64,000 bases of DNA from Alphaproteobacteria bacterium (GTDB lineage Bacteria > Pseudomonadota > Alphaproteobacteria > CAAGCB01 > CAG-977), in contig JAZNBT010000055.1 in assembly GCA_045587165.1 (NCBI GenBank), positions 7,017-71,016 on the forward strand. The letters run 5' to 3'. The notes beneath the pieces were generated by a model. It ran no database searches, was not told the origin of the DNA, and worked only from the letters and a program-made list of their open reading frames with translations. The translations under genes and the position numbers were made by a program. Positions 9,795-19,708 of the stretch are shown here, piece by piece; the stretch's first letter is position 1; each line of letters begins with the position of its first letter.

Positions 9795-11345
9795 TTGCGT
9801 CAAATTATTCGTCAATCAATCGTTTTTTTTGTTGCGGTATTTTTGTTAACCTCTTGTACGGGAGGGATACCGTTGTTGTCCAAACGTGTTGATCAAAGCG
9901 CCTTTCATGTCGCGGATGCTAATATTGTCGAAAAAGGCGAAGGAGCCGCGCCGGCAATTGTTCCCACGGAAATGGTTCGTGTGGGTTTACTGGTACCGTT
10001 AACGGGCAGTTCGGAAAAATTGGGCGAAGTATTGCGTAACGCAGCAATGATGTCTTTGTTTGATATTTCCAGTCAGCGTTTGATTTTGCAGTTTTATGAT
10101 ACTCAGGGAACGGCGGAAGGTGCGCGTAAAGCCGCCGAACAGGCTATCAGCCAAGGGGTCGAGCTGATTATCGGTCCAGTTTTTTCGAAATCCGTTCGGG
10201 CCATTCGTCCGGCGACTCATTCGGCGGATGTCGGCGTAATTACGTTTTCTTCCGATCCGTCTAACTTAGGGGACGGTATTTATACGATCAGTACTTTGAC
10301 GTCGCAACAGGTTGAACATATTGTTCGTTTTGCGTGTGATAAGGGATATAAGCGTTTGGCGGTTATTTCTCAGAACAACGCGACGGGGGATATTATTTCC
10401 ATGGCTGCAAAGGGGGCCGTCGACGCTTGCGGCGGTATGATTACCAAAGCGGCGTTTTACGATCCGTTAGGGGCTGATTTGCAGTCCGCCGTTCAGCAGA
10501 TAATGCCCAGAACGATGGAAGATTTGGAAGAAGAGCGCGAAGAAGAAATAAAACGGTTGGAAAAATCGAAAGAACAGGTTGCCGAAGGTAAGCCTGTTTT
10601 AATGAAAAACGAAGAAACCGGTCAAATGGAAGAAGTCAATATGTCTTTGGAACAATTGCAAGCGACCATTGACGTTTTAAAAGAACAGGAACTGGTTCGT
10701 GATCCGTTTGAATTTGATGCCGTTTTGATTTCCGAAGAAGGCAGTCGTCTGCGTTCTTTAGGGGCTTTATTTTCTTATTATGAAGTTCCTCCCGAAATTC
10801 GTATTTTGGGGACTTCCCAGTGGGCGGATTCCCGTCCGGCGCGGGAATCGGCTTTGATCGGTGGTTGGTTTTCACATCTGCCTTCCGAAGGATTTACGGC
10901 TTTTTCCAAGCGTTATAAAGCAATTTACGGTGAAAAACCGCCTCGTATCGCCTCTCAGGCTTATGATGCCGTTGCTTTGGCGGCGATATTGGCTGAAACG
11001 GGCAGTTTTTCTTATGAGAATTTAACGACGGTATCCGGCTTTAAAGGTGTTGACGGGTTATTTCGTTTGTTGCCGAACGGTTTGTCCGAACGCGGTTTAC
11101 AGGTTTTAGGTGTGGAAAAGAAAGGCTTTGTTACGTTATCTCCGGCATTAGAGGTGTTTGAAACCGTTCCGGTTTTTGTTCCCGATGTGTATATCAAGGA
11201 TTTTCGTCATTCTCCCGATTTGGTAACCGTTCCTTTGGAATTGGAAGAAAACGCCGTACAAGACAGTACCGGTAATTTGGAAACAAGTAACGTTCAAACA
11301 GAATCAATTCAGCAGGGTTCTGCACAAAGCATCCAGAATCATTAA
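9795..11345 (+). CDS. lpoA: LpoA-like lipoprotein (penicillin-binding protein activator; periplasmic-binding-protein type I fold)
   Basis: 516 aa. Lipobox LLTSC; type-I periplasmic-binding-protein-like domain; divergent from rsmI-yraN as in E. coli lpoA(yraM). Contains an acidic coiled-coil insert (EDLEEEREEEIKRLEKSKEQ...). Confidence 0.6.
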   Translation: MRQIIRQSIVFFVAVFLLTSCTGGIPLLSKRVDQSAFHVADANIVEKGEGAAPAIVPTEMVRVGLLVPLTGSSEKLGEVLRNAAMMSLFDISSQRLILQFYDTQGTAEGARKAAEQAISQGVELIIGPVFSKSVRAIRPATHSADVGVITFSSDPSNLGDGIYTISTLTSQQVEHIVRFACDKGYKRLAVISQNNATGDIISMAAKGAVDACGGMITKAAFYDPLGADLQSAVQQIMPRTMEDLEEEREEEIKRLEKSKEQVAEGKPVLMKNEETGQMEEVNMSLEQLQATIDVLKEQELVRDPFEFDAVLISEEGSRLRSLGALFSYYEVPPEIRILGTSQWADSRPARESALIGGWFSHLPSEGFTAFSKRYKAIYGEKPPRIASQAYDAVALAAILAETGSFSYENLTTVSGFKGVDGLFRLLPNGLSERGLQVLGVEKKGFVTLSPALEVFETVPVFVPDVYIKDFRHSPDLVTVPLELEENAVQDSTGNLETSNVQTESIQQGSAQSIQNH

Positions 11346-12428
11346 TCCTTTGGCTGTTGTTCTGATGCCTTTTCGGTCGCAAACCAGAAAACCGTCTGTT
11401 TGATAGTCTTGTAGGGTACCATCGTTCATAAAGACTTCCGGTTCTGTGCCTATAATGTTTTTAAAGGTGATTCTATCGATGCCTTCGCGCGTACGAAATG
11501 CCATTAAAATCAGTTCTTCTGCCTTTTCTTTCGATGTCAAAACGAATTCGTCGGCGCTTTGATCCGTTAGCCATTTTTGTATGGATTCCGACTGTGTCGT
11601 TGCATAAAACCGATCATTTTGAGTAAATCTTCCGTGAGCGGCAGGGCCTGTGCCGATCCATTCTCCGCCCTGCCAGTATAATAAATTATGACGACATTCT
11701 TCTCCCTTGGTTGCATGATTGGATACTTCATAACGTTCCAATCCGGCTTGGTATGTCAGTCGATCGGTCAGTTCAAACAGGTCTGCGGCCAGTTCGTCTT
11801 CCGGCGGTTGTATGCCTTTTTTATAAAAGAAAGTCCCTTCTTCTATTGTTAATTGGTATAAAGATAAATGCTTCAACCCCAATTCAAGAATTTCAGACAG
11901 TTCTTTTTGCCAGTCTTGTAATGTTTGATTCGGACGTCCGTAAATAAAGTCGGCGGAAAGATGCGGAAAAATTTGTTTGGCATCTTTCAGGACATTTAAT
12001 GCCTGTTCGACAGAATGCAAACGTCCCAGAATTTTTAAATCCCGATCGTTTAAAGCTTGCACGCCGACAGACAAACGATTGATCCCCGCTTTTTGCCAAT
12101 CAATCATCTTCGAACGGTTTGTCGAACAGGGATTTGCTTCCAGAGAAACTTCGACATCATCGGAAACAGGCCAAAGTTTTCGGATTGTTTCGATAACGAA
12201 AGAAACGTTATCAACACTCATTAGTGAGGGGGTTCCGCCGCCGAAAAAAATGGAAGATACCGTCTTATCCGCAGTTCTTCCGGCATAGATTTTTAAACTT
12301 TGAATATAGGCGTTTGCCCACGCCGAAAAATCAAAAATCTTTGTCGGCGTGCTGACAAAATCGCAGTAAGGACATTTTGATTTGCAAAACGGCCAGTGAA
12401 TGTAAATACCGAATCCGGTCACAGACAT
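11304..12428 (-). CDS. hemW: Radical SAM heme chaperone HemW (coproporphyrinogen III oxidase-like)
   Basis: 374 aa. CxxxCxYC radical-SAM motif (CKSKCPYCDF) and HemN C-terminal domain. Confidence 0.85.
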   Translation of the reverse strand: MSVTGFGIYIHWPFCKSKCPYCDFVSTPTKIFDFSAWANAYIQSLKIYAGRTADKTVSSIFFGGGTPSLMSVDNVSFVIETIRKLWPVSDDVEVSLEANPCSTNRSKMIDWQKAGINRLSVGVQALNDRDLKILGRLHSVEQALNVLKDAKQIFPHLSADFIYGRPNQTLQDWQKELSEILELGLKHLSLYQLTIEEGTFFYKKGIQPPEDELAADLFELTDRLTYQAGLERYEVSNHATKGEECRHNLLYWQGGEWIGTGPAAHGRFTQNDRFYATTQSESIQKWLTDQSADEFVLTSKEKAEELILMAFRTREGIDRITFKNIIGTEPEVFMNDGTLQDYQTDGFLVCDRKGIRTTAKGLMILDALCRTLLN

Positions 12429-13012
12429 GCATCCGTAAATTGTTTTAATGCCCGCGCCCGATGACTGATTTGATTTTTAACTTCGGCGGATAATTCGGCA
12501 AAAGATTGCGTATAACCGTCGGGAACGAACATCGGATCGTATCCGAATCCGTTTTCTCCTTTGACGGGCCAGCGTAAAATACCGTCGACACGTCCTTCGA
12601 ATTCTTCCGTACTGCCGTCGGGCCAGGCAATGACAATAGCACAAGAAAAATGAGCCGAACGGTCCGAGGTATCTCCCATTTCCGCATTTAATCGTTCCAT
12701 TGCATACATAAAACCGTTTTTTTTCGGTTCGTTGTAACGGGCGGAATAAATGCCGGGGCGGTTGCCTAAAGCATGCACACATAATCCCGAATCATCGCCT
12801 AAAGCGGGGATTCCTGCTTCTTTGGCGGCACAGACAGCTTTGATTCGTGCGTTTTCAATAAACGTTTTTCCGTTTTCTTCGGGTTCTGACAGGGTTAAAT
12901 CATCTGCGGAAACGACTTCTATTCCGAACGGATCCAGAATTTTCTGCATTTCTTTGACTTTTCCAATGTTATGAGTCGCCAAAACGATTTTTTTTTCGGT
13001 TAATTTACGCAT
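12419..13012 (-). CDS. rdgB: Non-canonical purine NTP pyrophosphatase RdgB (ITPase)
   Basis: 197 aa. Ham1 family motifs (ATHNxGK, GFGYDP). Confidence 0.9.
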   Translation of the reverse strand: MRKLTEKKIVLATHNIGKVKEMQKILDPFGIEVVSADDLTLSEPEENGKTFIENARIKAVCAAKEAGIPALGDDSGLCVHALGNRPGIYSARYNEPKKNGFMYAMERLNAEMGDTSDRSAHFSCAIVIAWPDGSTEEFEGRVDGILRWPVKGENGFGYDPMFVPDGYTQSFAELSAEVKNQISHRARALKQFTDACL

Positions 13013-13013
13013 T

Positions 13014-13760
13014 TTATTCCCCTAAAACATCGTGTTGAATTTTTCTTAATTCATTGGTTCCTTTGCAGGCCAGTTCGTATAACGTTTTGAATTCGTCCGG
13101 CGTGAAGGGGGCACGCTCTGCCGTTCCTTGAATTTCAACGATGCCGCCTTTGCCCGTGATGACAAAGTTTGAATCGGTTTGTGCGCTGGAATCTTCGGCA
13201 TAGTCCAAGTCCAAAACGGGAGTGCCGTCATAAATGCCGCAAGAAATGGCGGAAACCGTGTCAAATAAAGGCAAAGAAGAAAATCTGCGTTGATCGCGCA
13301 GTCTTTGCAACGCCAAATGTAAAGCGACATATCCGCCTGTAATCGACGCCGTTCGTGTGCCTCCGTCCGCTTGAATAACATCGCAGTCGACCTTGATGCA
13401 AATTTCGCCCAAAGCTTTCATATCGACGACGGAACGCAAGGCGCGTCCGATCAATCGTTGAATTTCCTGCGTACGACCGGATTGTCCTTTTTTGGCTTCA
13501 CGGTCCGTGCGTGTTCCGGTCGCGCGGGGAATCATGCCGTATTCTGCCGTTACCCAACCTTTACCGGTATTGCGCATCCACATCGGGACTTTGTCTTCAA
13601 CAGTAGCGGTGCAGATAACATGCGTATCGCCGCATTTGATTAAACACGAACCTTCGGCATGTTTGTTAACGTTCGGTTCGATTGTAACTTTACGTAATTC
13701 GTCGGGTTGTCTTTTGGAAGGTCTTTGCATTTTTTTGTCCTTAATCTGTTGGTAAATCAT
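13014..13760 (-). CDS. rph: Ribonuclease PH
   Basis: 248 aa. RNase PH signature; conserved rph-rdgB-hemW synteny. Confidence 0.95.
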   Translation of the reverse strand: MIYQQIKDKKMQRPSKRQPDELRKVTIEPNVNKHAEGSCLIKCGDTHVICTATVEDKVPMWMRNTGKGWVTAEYGMIPRATGTRTDREAKKGQSGRTQEIQRLIGRALRSVVDMKALGEICIKVDCDVIQADGGTRTASITGGYVALHLALQRLRDQRRFSSLPLFDTVSAISCGIYDGTPVLDLDYAEDSSAQTDSNFVITGKGGIVEIQGTAERAPFTPDEFKTLYELACKGTNELRKIQHDVLGE

Positions 13761-13805
13761 TTGTTCTGTTGACGTTTGATACCATGATTACTACATTTAT
13801 CAACT

Positions 13806-14855
13806 ATGAATAAGCAAATATTGACTTTATCCGAACTAAATAACAGATCCCGCGATATTTTTAAATCGCTGGTTGATGCTTATTTGGAAACCGGTGAGCC
13901 CGTCGGATCTAAGACTTTATCCCGTCTATTAGACTTTTCACTGTCTTCGGCGACGATTCGCAACGTTATGTCCGATTTGGAAGCCGCCGGATTGTTGTCG
14001 TCGCCGCATACGTCGGCGGGACGGGTGCCGACGGAACGCGGATTAAAGTTGTTTGTAGACGGTTTTTTGGAAATCGGCGCTTTGGAAAAAGACGAACGTC
14101 ACGCGATTGAGGCGCATTGCCGTTGTGCCGGCATAAACATGGAAACGATTTTAACTCAAGCCTCGACAATGTTGTCCGGCCTGTCAAAATGTGCCGGAGT
14201 CGTTATTGCTCCGAAAACGGAATCTCCTCTGAAACATATTGAGTTTGTTCATTTGGGGGCGGATCGTGCTTTAGTGGTTATGGTTACGGCGGACGGTGCC
14301 GTGGAAAATCGGTTGATCGATATTCCGCCGGGAACTTTGCCCGTTGCTTTGACGGAAGCGACAAATTACTTAAACGCGCGTTTGCAGGGGCGGACGTTGG
14401 AAGAGGCTCGTGAAGAAATTTTAAAAGAGACAGAACAACATCAAGCGCAATTAGATGAAGTATCGTCCCGTTTGGTTGCCGCGGGTTTGGCCGCTTGGGG
14501 CGGTGATAAAAAGGGTGTTTTAATCGTCAAAGGGCAAGCCAATTTGTTGGAAAATATCCAAGCGATAGAAGACCTTGAACGCGTTCGCAATCTTTTTTCC
14601 GTTCTGGAAGCGCAAGAAAGTATGACAAAACTGTTGGATTTAACGGAAGCGGCCGACGGGATACAAATATATATCGGATCGGAAAACAAATTGTTTGATT
14701 TATCGGGTTGTTCTATGATTACGGCGCCGTATCGCAACAGTCAGGAAAAGATTATCGGTGCCGTCGGGATTATCGGTCCGACAAGAATGAATTACGCCAG
14801 AATAATTCCTCTGGTAGATTATACGTCACAGGTTGTCAGCAAATTGATAGGATAG
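13806..14855 (+). CDS. hrcA: Heat-inducible transcription repressor HrcA
   Basis: 349 aa. N-terminal winged HTH; followed by grpE as in other alphaproteobacteria. Confidence 0.9.
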   Translation: MNKQILTLSELNNRSRDIFKSLVDAYLETGEPVGSKTLSRLLDFSLSSATIRNVMSDLEAAGLLSSPHTSAGRVPTERGLKLFVDGFLEIGALEKDERHAIEAHCRCAGINMETILTQASTMLSGLSKCAGVVIAPKTESPLKHIEFVHLGADRALVVMVTADGAVENRLIDIPPGTLPVALTEATNYLNARLQGRTLEEAREEILKETEQHQAQLDEVSSRLVAAGLAAWGGDKKGVLIVKGQANLLENIQAIEDLERVRNLFSVLEAQESMTKLLDLTEAADGIQIYIGSENKLFDLSGCSMITAPYRNSQEKIIGAVGIIGPTRMNYARIIPLVDYTSQVVSKLIG

Positions 14856-14861
14856 GAAAAG

Positions 14862-15503
14862 ATGACAAAACATCAGAAAAGCAATGAAGAACCGAATGAA
14901 GTAAATCAGGAACAGGATGAAACCTTGCAACAAACCGATGCTTCCGTCAATGCGGAACAAGAGGTCGAATCCGACGATCAGTCCGTAAAAATCGCTGAAA
15001 TGCAGGCGGAAATTGATAAATTAAAAGATTTATATCTGCGTTCTCAGGCCGAAATGGAAAACTTGCGTCGTCGAACTCAATTGGAGTTGGAAAAGCGTTC
15101 GAAATTTGCAATTTCTTCTTTTGCGCAGGATTTGCTGCCGGTTAATGACAATTTAACCCGCGCAATGAGCAGTATTCCGGAATCCGAGCGTGAAAATCAA
15201 AATGAGTTGGTTAAAAATCTGCTTGTCGGTCTGGAGTTGACGCAAAAAGATTTGAATACGGCTTTGGAAAAAAACAAAATTACAGCGATCGACAGTATCG
15301 GATTGGTGTTTGATCCGAACTTGCACAAAGTCGTTCAAGAAATTGATGATCCGAGCAAACCGGCCGGTACGATTGTTCAGGAATGGCAAAAAGGCTATTT
15401 AATCGGCGGCGATCGCGTATTGCGCGAAGCCGTTGTCGTCGTAACCCGCGGCGGTCCTCAACCCGGTCAGGAACAGACCGAACACGTTGATACGACGGTT
15501 TAA
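14862..15503 (+). CDS. grpE: Nucleotide exchange factor GrpE
   Basis: 213 aa. Coiled-coil N-terminus and GrpE C-terminal beta domain. Confidence 0.9.
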   Translation: MTKHQKSNEEPNEVNQEQDETLQQTDASVNAEQEVESDDQSVKIAEMQAEIDKLKDLYLRSQAEMENLRRRTQLELEKRSKFAISSFAQDLLPVNDNLTRAMSSIPESERENQNELVKNLLVGLELTQKDLNTALEKNKITAIDSIGLVFDPNLHKVVQEIDDPSKPAGTIVQEWQKGYLIGGDRVLREAVVVVTRGGPQPGQEQTEHVDTTV

Positions 15504-15505
15504 TT

Positions 15506-15532
15506 AAAAAGCCCGATTAAATCGGGCTTTTT
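15506..15532. terminator. Bidirectional terminator between grpE and the convergent MATE gene
   Basis: GCCCGATTTAATCGGGC hairpin flanked by A-run and T-run. Confidence 0.75.
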
Positions 15533-16903
15533 TCATAACCATTTAATGCCTTTTCTGCGCCAACGTCCCGACCAAAGGTAGATAAAGGCAAATATATTGG
15601 AAACAAATGAAGCCAAAGGTGACGCAAAGCCGACGGCATATAACGAAGCGTTTGCCATTGTGCTGAAATAATACGCCATCGGGATTCTGAAGGCAAAAGT
15701 GCATAAAACATTGTTCAGCATTGAAAAAAACGATCGGCCGCAACCGTTGAAAAAACCGTTTGTGCAGAAAACGATCGGCACTAAAACATATTCAAAACAA
15801 AAGCTTTTGGCGTATTCGGCTCCGGCCTGAACGGTTTCTTGCGCACCGGCGGAATTTTTATCGATAAAAAAGCCGACGATTTGTTCGGGAACGCTTAAAA
15901 ACAAAGTAAGGGCCACGATACCGAACATCATGGTTCCCGCGATTCCCAATTTTAACGTATGTAAGGCTCTGACAGGTTTGTTTGCTCCGATATTTTGGGC
16001 GGTAATGGCCGCGATTGCTCCCATTGCCGATATGGCCGGTAACATGGCGAAGGCATTGATGCGCCCGACAATGCCGACACCCGCCGCCGCGGCCGTTCCC
16101 ATCGAGTTGATGATGGATGTGATAAACATGAATGATACATCAATCAAACAGCCTGTTATGGAAATCGGCAGTCCTATCCGGAACAGATCGCGTATGATAT
16201 CGCGATCGGGGATGAAATTTTTTAACTTAAATTCGAAATCGACGGTTTTACGCATAAAGAAATAAGCAAAAATCATGCTTAATCCTTGACTGGATATTGT
16301 GGCGATGGCGGCACCGTCCGCTCCCATGTGAAATCCTGCGATCAGGATCAGATCGCAAATAATATTGACGACACAGGCGATCGCGACAAACACCAGCGGA
16401 GCCATAGAATTTCCAAGTCCGCGGAAAATCGCCGAAAAAGCGTTATATCCGGTAATAAAAAAAATCCCCGTGACGCAAATATCCGTATAAGCTTTTGTTT
16501 CCGCAAAGGCGTTTTCGGGCACATGCATCAACCGCAAAACGATCGGAGTTATAATCAGCATGACCGCGGTCAACGTTGCGGCGCATAAGGTGAATAAAAT
16601 CAGTCCCGTTCCGATGCATCGATTTAGTTTTTCACGATTGTTTGCGCCGACATACTGGCCGATAAGAACGGTTGAACCGGTGGTCAAGCCTGAAATCAAG
16701 TTTAAAATCAGCATCATGATGCAGGTGCCGTTGGCGACGGCCGCCACCGAAACGCTGCCGTTGCCGAATCGTCCTACGACGAACATATCAACGGTGTTGT
16801 ATAAAGCTTGCAACAAATAGGCGAGCAGAAAGGGAAACGAGAAAAACCATAGATTTTTTAAAGCGTTTCCTCGTGTTAAATCCTGCCGGACGGATAGTTT
16901 CAT
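15533..16903 (-). CDS. MATE family multidrug efflux transporter
   Basis: 456 aa with 12 predicted TM helices; MatE/NorM-like N-terminus. Confidence 0.85.
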   Translation of the reverse strand: MKLSVRQDLTRGNALKNLWFFSFPFLLAYLLQALYNTVDMFVVGRFGNGSVSVAAVANGTCIMMLILNLISGLTTGSTVLIGQYVGANNREKLNRCIGTGLILFTLCAATLTAVMLIITPIVLRLMHVPENAFAETKAYTDICVTGIFFITGYNAFSAIFRGLGNSMAPLVFVAIACVVNIICDLILIAGFHMGADGAAIATISSQGLSMIFAYFFMRKTVDFEFKLKNFIPDRDIIRDLFRIGLPISITGCLIDVSFMFITSIINSMGTAAAAGVGIVGRINAFAMLPAISAMGAIAAITAQNIGANKPVRALHTLKLGIAGTMMFGIVALTLFLSVPEQIVGFFIDKNSAGAQETVQAGAEYAKSFCFEYVLVPIVFCTNGFFNGCGRSFFSMLNNVLCTFAFRIPMAYYFSTMANASLYAVGFASPLASFVSNIFAFIYLWSGRWRRKGIKWL

Positions 16904-16904
16904 T

Positions 16905-17726
16905 CTAAACCTTTGACAGTTCTTCAGAACGTTTTTCCGCGGCTTTGACGGCTGTTTTTAATAACGGTTCGAAACCTGTTTCGGGATTCATCAGGATTTC
17001 CAACGCCGCTGCCGTCGTACCGTTCGGCGTCGTGACGTTTTGGCGTAATTTTTCAGGTGTTTCCGGGCTTTCATTCATCAAATGCGCCGAACCGGTAACG
17101 GTGCTTTTTGCCAGTTGTTTAGCGATGTCGTCCGGCAATCCCAGCGATACGGCCGCTTTTGTCAACGCTTCGGTTAAATAGAAGACATAAGCGGGGCCGC
17201 TGCCCGAAACGGCCGTAACGGCATCGATTTGCTTTTCGTTTTCCAGCCATACGACTTTTCCGCAGGCGTGTAAAATCAGGTCTGCGATTTGTCTTTGCCG
17301 TTCATCGTATCCCGTTGAAGCGGTTACCCCCGTAATGCCTTCGCCTATTGCGGCCGGCGTATTGGGCATTGCGCGGAAAATAACGCTGTTTGATCCGAGC
17401 TTTTCTTTGAACCATTCGATTTTTCTGCCGGCGATGATTGATAAAACGGCGGCGCCTTTATCGGTGAAAGGCTTGACATCGTCAATAATCTGTTCAATCA
17501 GGAAAGGCTTGACCGCCAAAAAGACGATATCCGGCGTGAAATCATCGAACTCTGTGGCGGAAGTGCGGCTTTCAATACCTTTTTGATCTAAAATGCGGCG
17601 AGTTTCTTCGCTTGGTTCGGCGACGCGAATGTTTTTTGCCTCAAAGCCGTTTTTTAACAAGCCGTTTAAAACGGCTCCGCCCATTTTGCCGCAGCCGATC
17701 AGTAAAATTGATTTTTGACGATCCAT
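16905..17726 (-). CDS. proC: Pyrroline-5-carboxylate reductase
   Basis: Rossmann motif GCGKMGGA. Start moved to the internal ATG (MDRQKS...) preceded by a GGGGGAAA RBS; the track ORF has a 23-aa N-terminal extension. Confidence 0.85.
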   Translation of the reverse strand: MDRQKSILLIGCGKMGGAVLNGLLKNGFEAKNIRVAEPSEETRRILDQKGIESRTSATEFDDFTPDIVFLAVKPFLIEQIIDDVKPFTDKGAAVLSIIAGRKIEWFKEKLGSNSVIFRAMPNTPAAIGEGITGVTASTGYDERQRQIADLILHACGKVVWLENEKQIDAVTAVSGSGPAYVFYLTEALTKAAVSLGLPDDIAKQLAKSTVTGSAHLMNESPETPEKLRQNVTTPNGTTAAALEILMNPETGFEPLLKTAVKAAEKRSEELSKV

Positions 17727-17854
17727 TGTTTCCCCCTGATGTTTGATGAATTTTTTTAAAATAGGACGATATCCTTCTTTTTTAAAGAAAAACATTTGGG
17801 AAACGGCTCATTTTGGCATATAAAAGAAAAAGCAGAAAAAAAAACGAGGTTACC

Positions 17855-18841
17855 ATGTACGTTATCACAGGCGGCGCAGGCTTTTTGGGGTCCAACCTTG
17901 CGGCCGGTATCGAAGAACGGGAATTGGGCGAAATTGCCGTTGTCGATCGTTTTCAGTCGGACGATCGTTGGCGCAATATTGCAAAACGGTCTTTGCGCGA
18001 TATTATTTTTCCTGACAAGATTTTCGAATATTTGGATAAGCACGCCGGACGGATAGATGCCGTTTTGCATATCAATTATACCGGATTTTCTCAGGAAAGT
18101 GATGTTGATGCGTTGATTGACGAACGTATTCATTTGACATGGCGGTTATGGTCGTGGTGCGCACATCATCAGGTGCCGTTTATTTACGATTCGACGGCCG
18201 GTGTTTACGGAGACGGTTCTTTGGGGTTTAAAGATGACGACTCCGCCGAAGCATTGGCTAAGTTAAAACCGTTGTCCGCCGCCGCATGGACCAAACTGTT
18301 TTTGGATCGCAAAATCGTTGATACAATCAATCGAGGCGAGAATGCTCCGCCGCAGTGGATAGGATTGCGTTGTTTTAATCTGTACGGGCCGAACGAATAT
18401 CATAATACAACACATCAAAGCGTCATTCCCCGTATTTATCATGCGGCTAAAAACGGCAAATTATTTCCTTTGTTCAGATCTGAAAATCCGGATTATGAAG
18501 ACGGCGAACAAATGCGCGACTTTATGTGGGTTGAAGATACCGTTGATGTTATTTTATGGTTGCTGCAACATCCCGAAATCAGCGGATTGTTCAATATCGG
18601 TACCGGACAAGCCAGAACGTATGCGGATGTTTTGCGCGCCGTTTATGCGGCGTTGGATGAAAAACCGGAAATGGACTTTATGGATTTGCCGGCCGAAATC
18701 AAAAGACAATATCAGTACTTTACGCAGGCGGATATTCAAAAACTGCGTTCGGTCGGATATACAAAGCCGTTTACTTCATTGGAAGATGGTGTTTTCAAAT
18801 ATGTTCGATCTTATTTGGAAACGTCTGATCCGTATAAATAG
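17855..18841 (+). CDS. hldD: ADP-L-glycero-D-manno-heptose-6-epimerase
   Basis: SDR-type NAD-binding motif TGGAGFLGS. Start chosen at the ATG after an ACGAGG RBS; the track ORF starts 42 nt upstream. Confidence 0.8.
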   Translation: MYVITGGAGFLGSNLAAGIEERELGEIAVVDRFQSDDRWRNIAKRSLRDIIFPDKIFEYLDKHAGRIDAVLHINYTGFSQESDVDALIDERIHLTWRLWSWCAHHQVPFIYDSTAGVYGDGSLGFKDDDSAEALAKLKPLSAAAWTKLFLDRKIVDTINRGENAPPQWIGLRCFNLYGPNEYHNTTHQSVIPRIYHAAKNGKLFPLFRSENPDYEDGEQMRDFMWVEDTVDVILWLLQHPEISGLFNIGTGQARTYADVLRAVYAALDEKPEMDFMDLPAEIKRQYQYFTQADIQKLRSVGYTKPFTSLEDGVFKYVRSYLETSDPYK

Positions 18842-18849
18842 GACATGGC

Positions 18850-19653
18850 ATGACTTATCAGGGTATTCCTTTTCCCAATATTGATCCCGTTGCTTTGCAT
18901 ATAGGCAGTTTCGGTTTGCGTTGGTATTCGTTGGCGTATTTGGCCGGAATTGCTTTGGCGTGGTTTTTGGCACGGAAAATGGTTCGCCGTTATCCGAATC
19001 CGGTAACGGAAATAATGGTGGATGACGTTATTTTTTGGGCAACCGTCGGACTGATCGTCGGCGGACGATTGGGGTATGTATTATTTTATAATTTTACATA
19101 TTATACTGAAGATCCGTTGCAAATTTTTGCTTTATGGAAAGGCGGCATGTCATTCCACGGCGGTTTGATCGGCGTGATTATAGCGGTATATCTGTACGCC
19201 CGAAGCGTTAAAGTCGGTTTTTTTCAGTTTACGGATATTTTGGCCTGTGTCGTTCCGATCGGTTTATTTTTCGGGCGTTTGGCAAATTTCGCCAATTCGG
19301 AATTGTTCGGGCGTGTGACCGTTTCTGTCCCTTGGGCAGTTATTTTTCCGAATGGCGGACCGTTGCCGCGTCACCCCAGCCAGTTGTACGAAGCCGGATT
19401 TGAAGGAATTTTTCTGTTTTGCATTTTATATTCTTTATGGGCATGCAGCGTCTGGGTTCGAATCCGTCCGGGCTTTCTTTCCGGATTGTTTTTGTTCGGT
19501 TATGCCGTTGCGCGCGGTGTCGTCGAAAATTTCAGAGAACCGGATGCTCAAATCGGTTTTTTGTTCGCGCGCGTCACGATGGGGCAAATGTTGACCGTAC
19601 CGATGCTGATTTGCGGAATCTGGATAATGATATGGGCGGCGAAAAAAGTTTAG
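18850..19653 (+). CDS. lgt: Phosphatidylglycerol--prolipoprotein diacylglyceryl transferase
   Basis: 267 aa. Lgt signature and polytopic membrane profile. Confidence 0.9.
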   Translation: MTYQGIPFPNIDPVALHIGSFGLRWYSLAYLAGIALAWFLARKMVRRYPNPVTEIMVDDVIFWATVGLIVGGRLGYVLFYNFTYYTEDPLQIFALWKGGMSFHGGLIGVIIAVYLYARSVKVGFFQFTDILACVVPIGLFFGRLANFANSELFGRVTVSVPWAVIFPNGGPLPRHPSQLYEAGFEGIFLFCILYSLWACSVWVRIRPGFLSGLFLFGYAVARGVVENFREPDAQIGFLFARVTMGQMLTVPMLICGIWIMIWAAKKV

Positions 19654-19708
19654 ACATAAATCGTTTTCTCTGCTATTTCATAAAGACGGATCTTAAAGAC
19701 TCAAGGCT

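Noticed and set aside
12445-12782. 80-aa and 101-aa ORFs overlapping rdgB in other frames
   Set aside because: Alternative-frame artefacts inside a well-supported Ham1-family gene.
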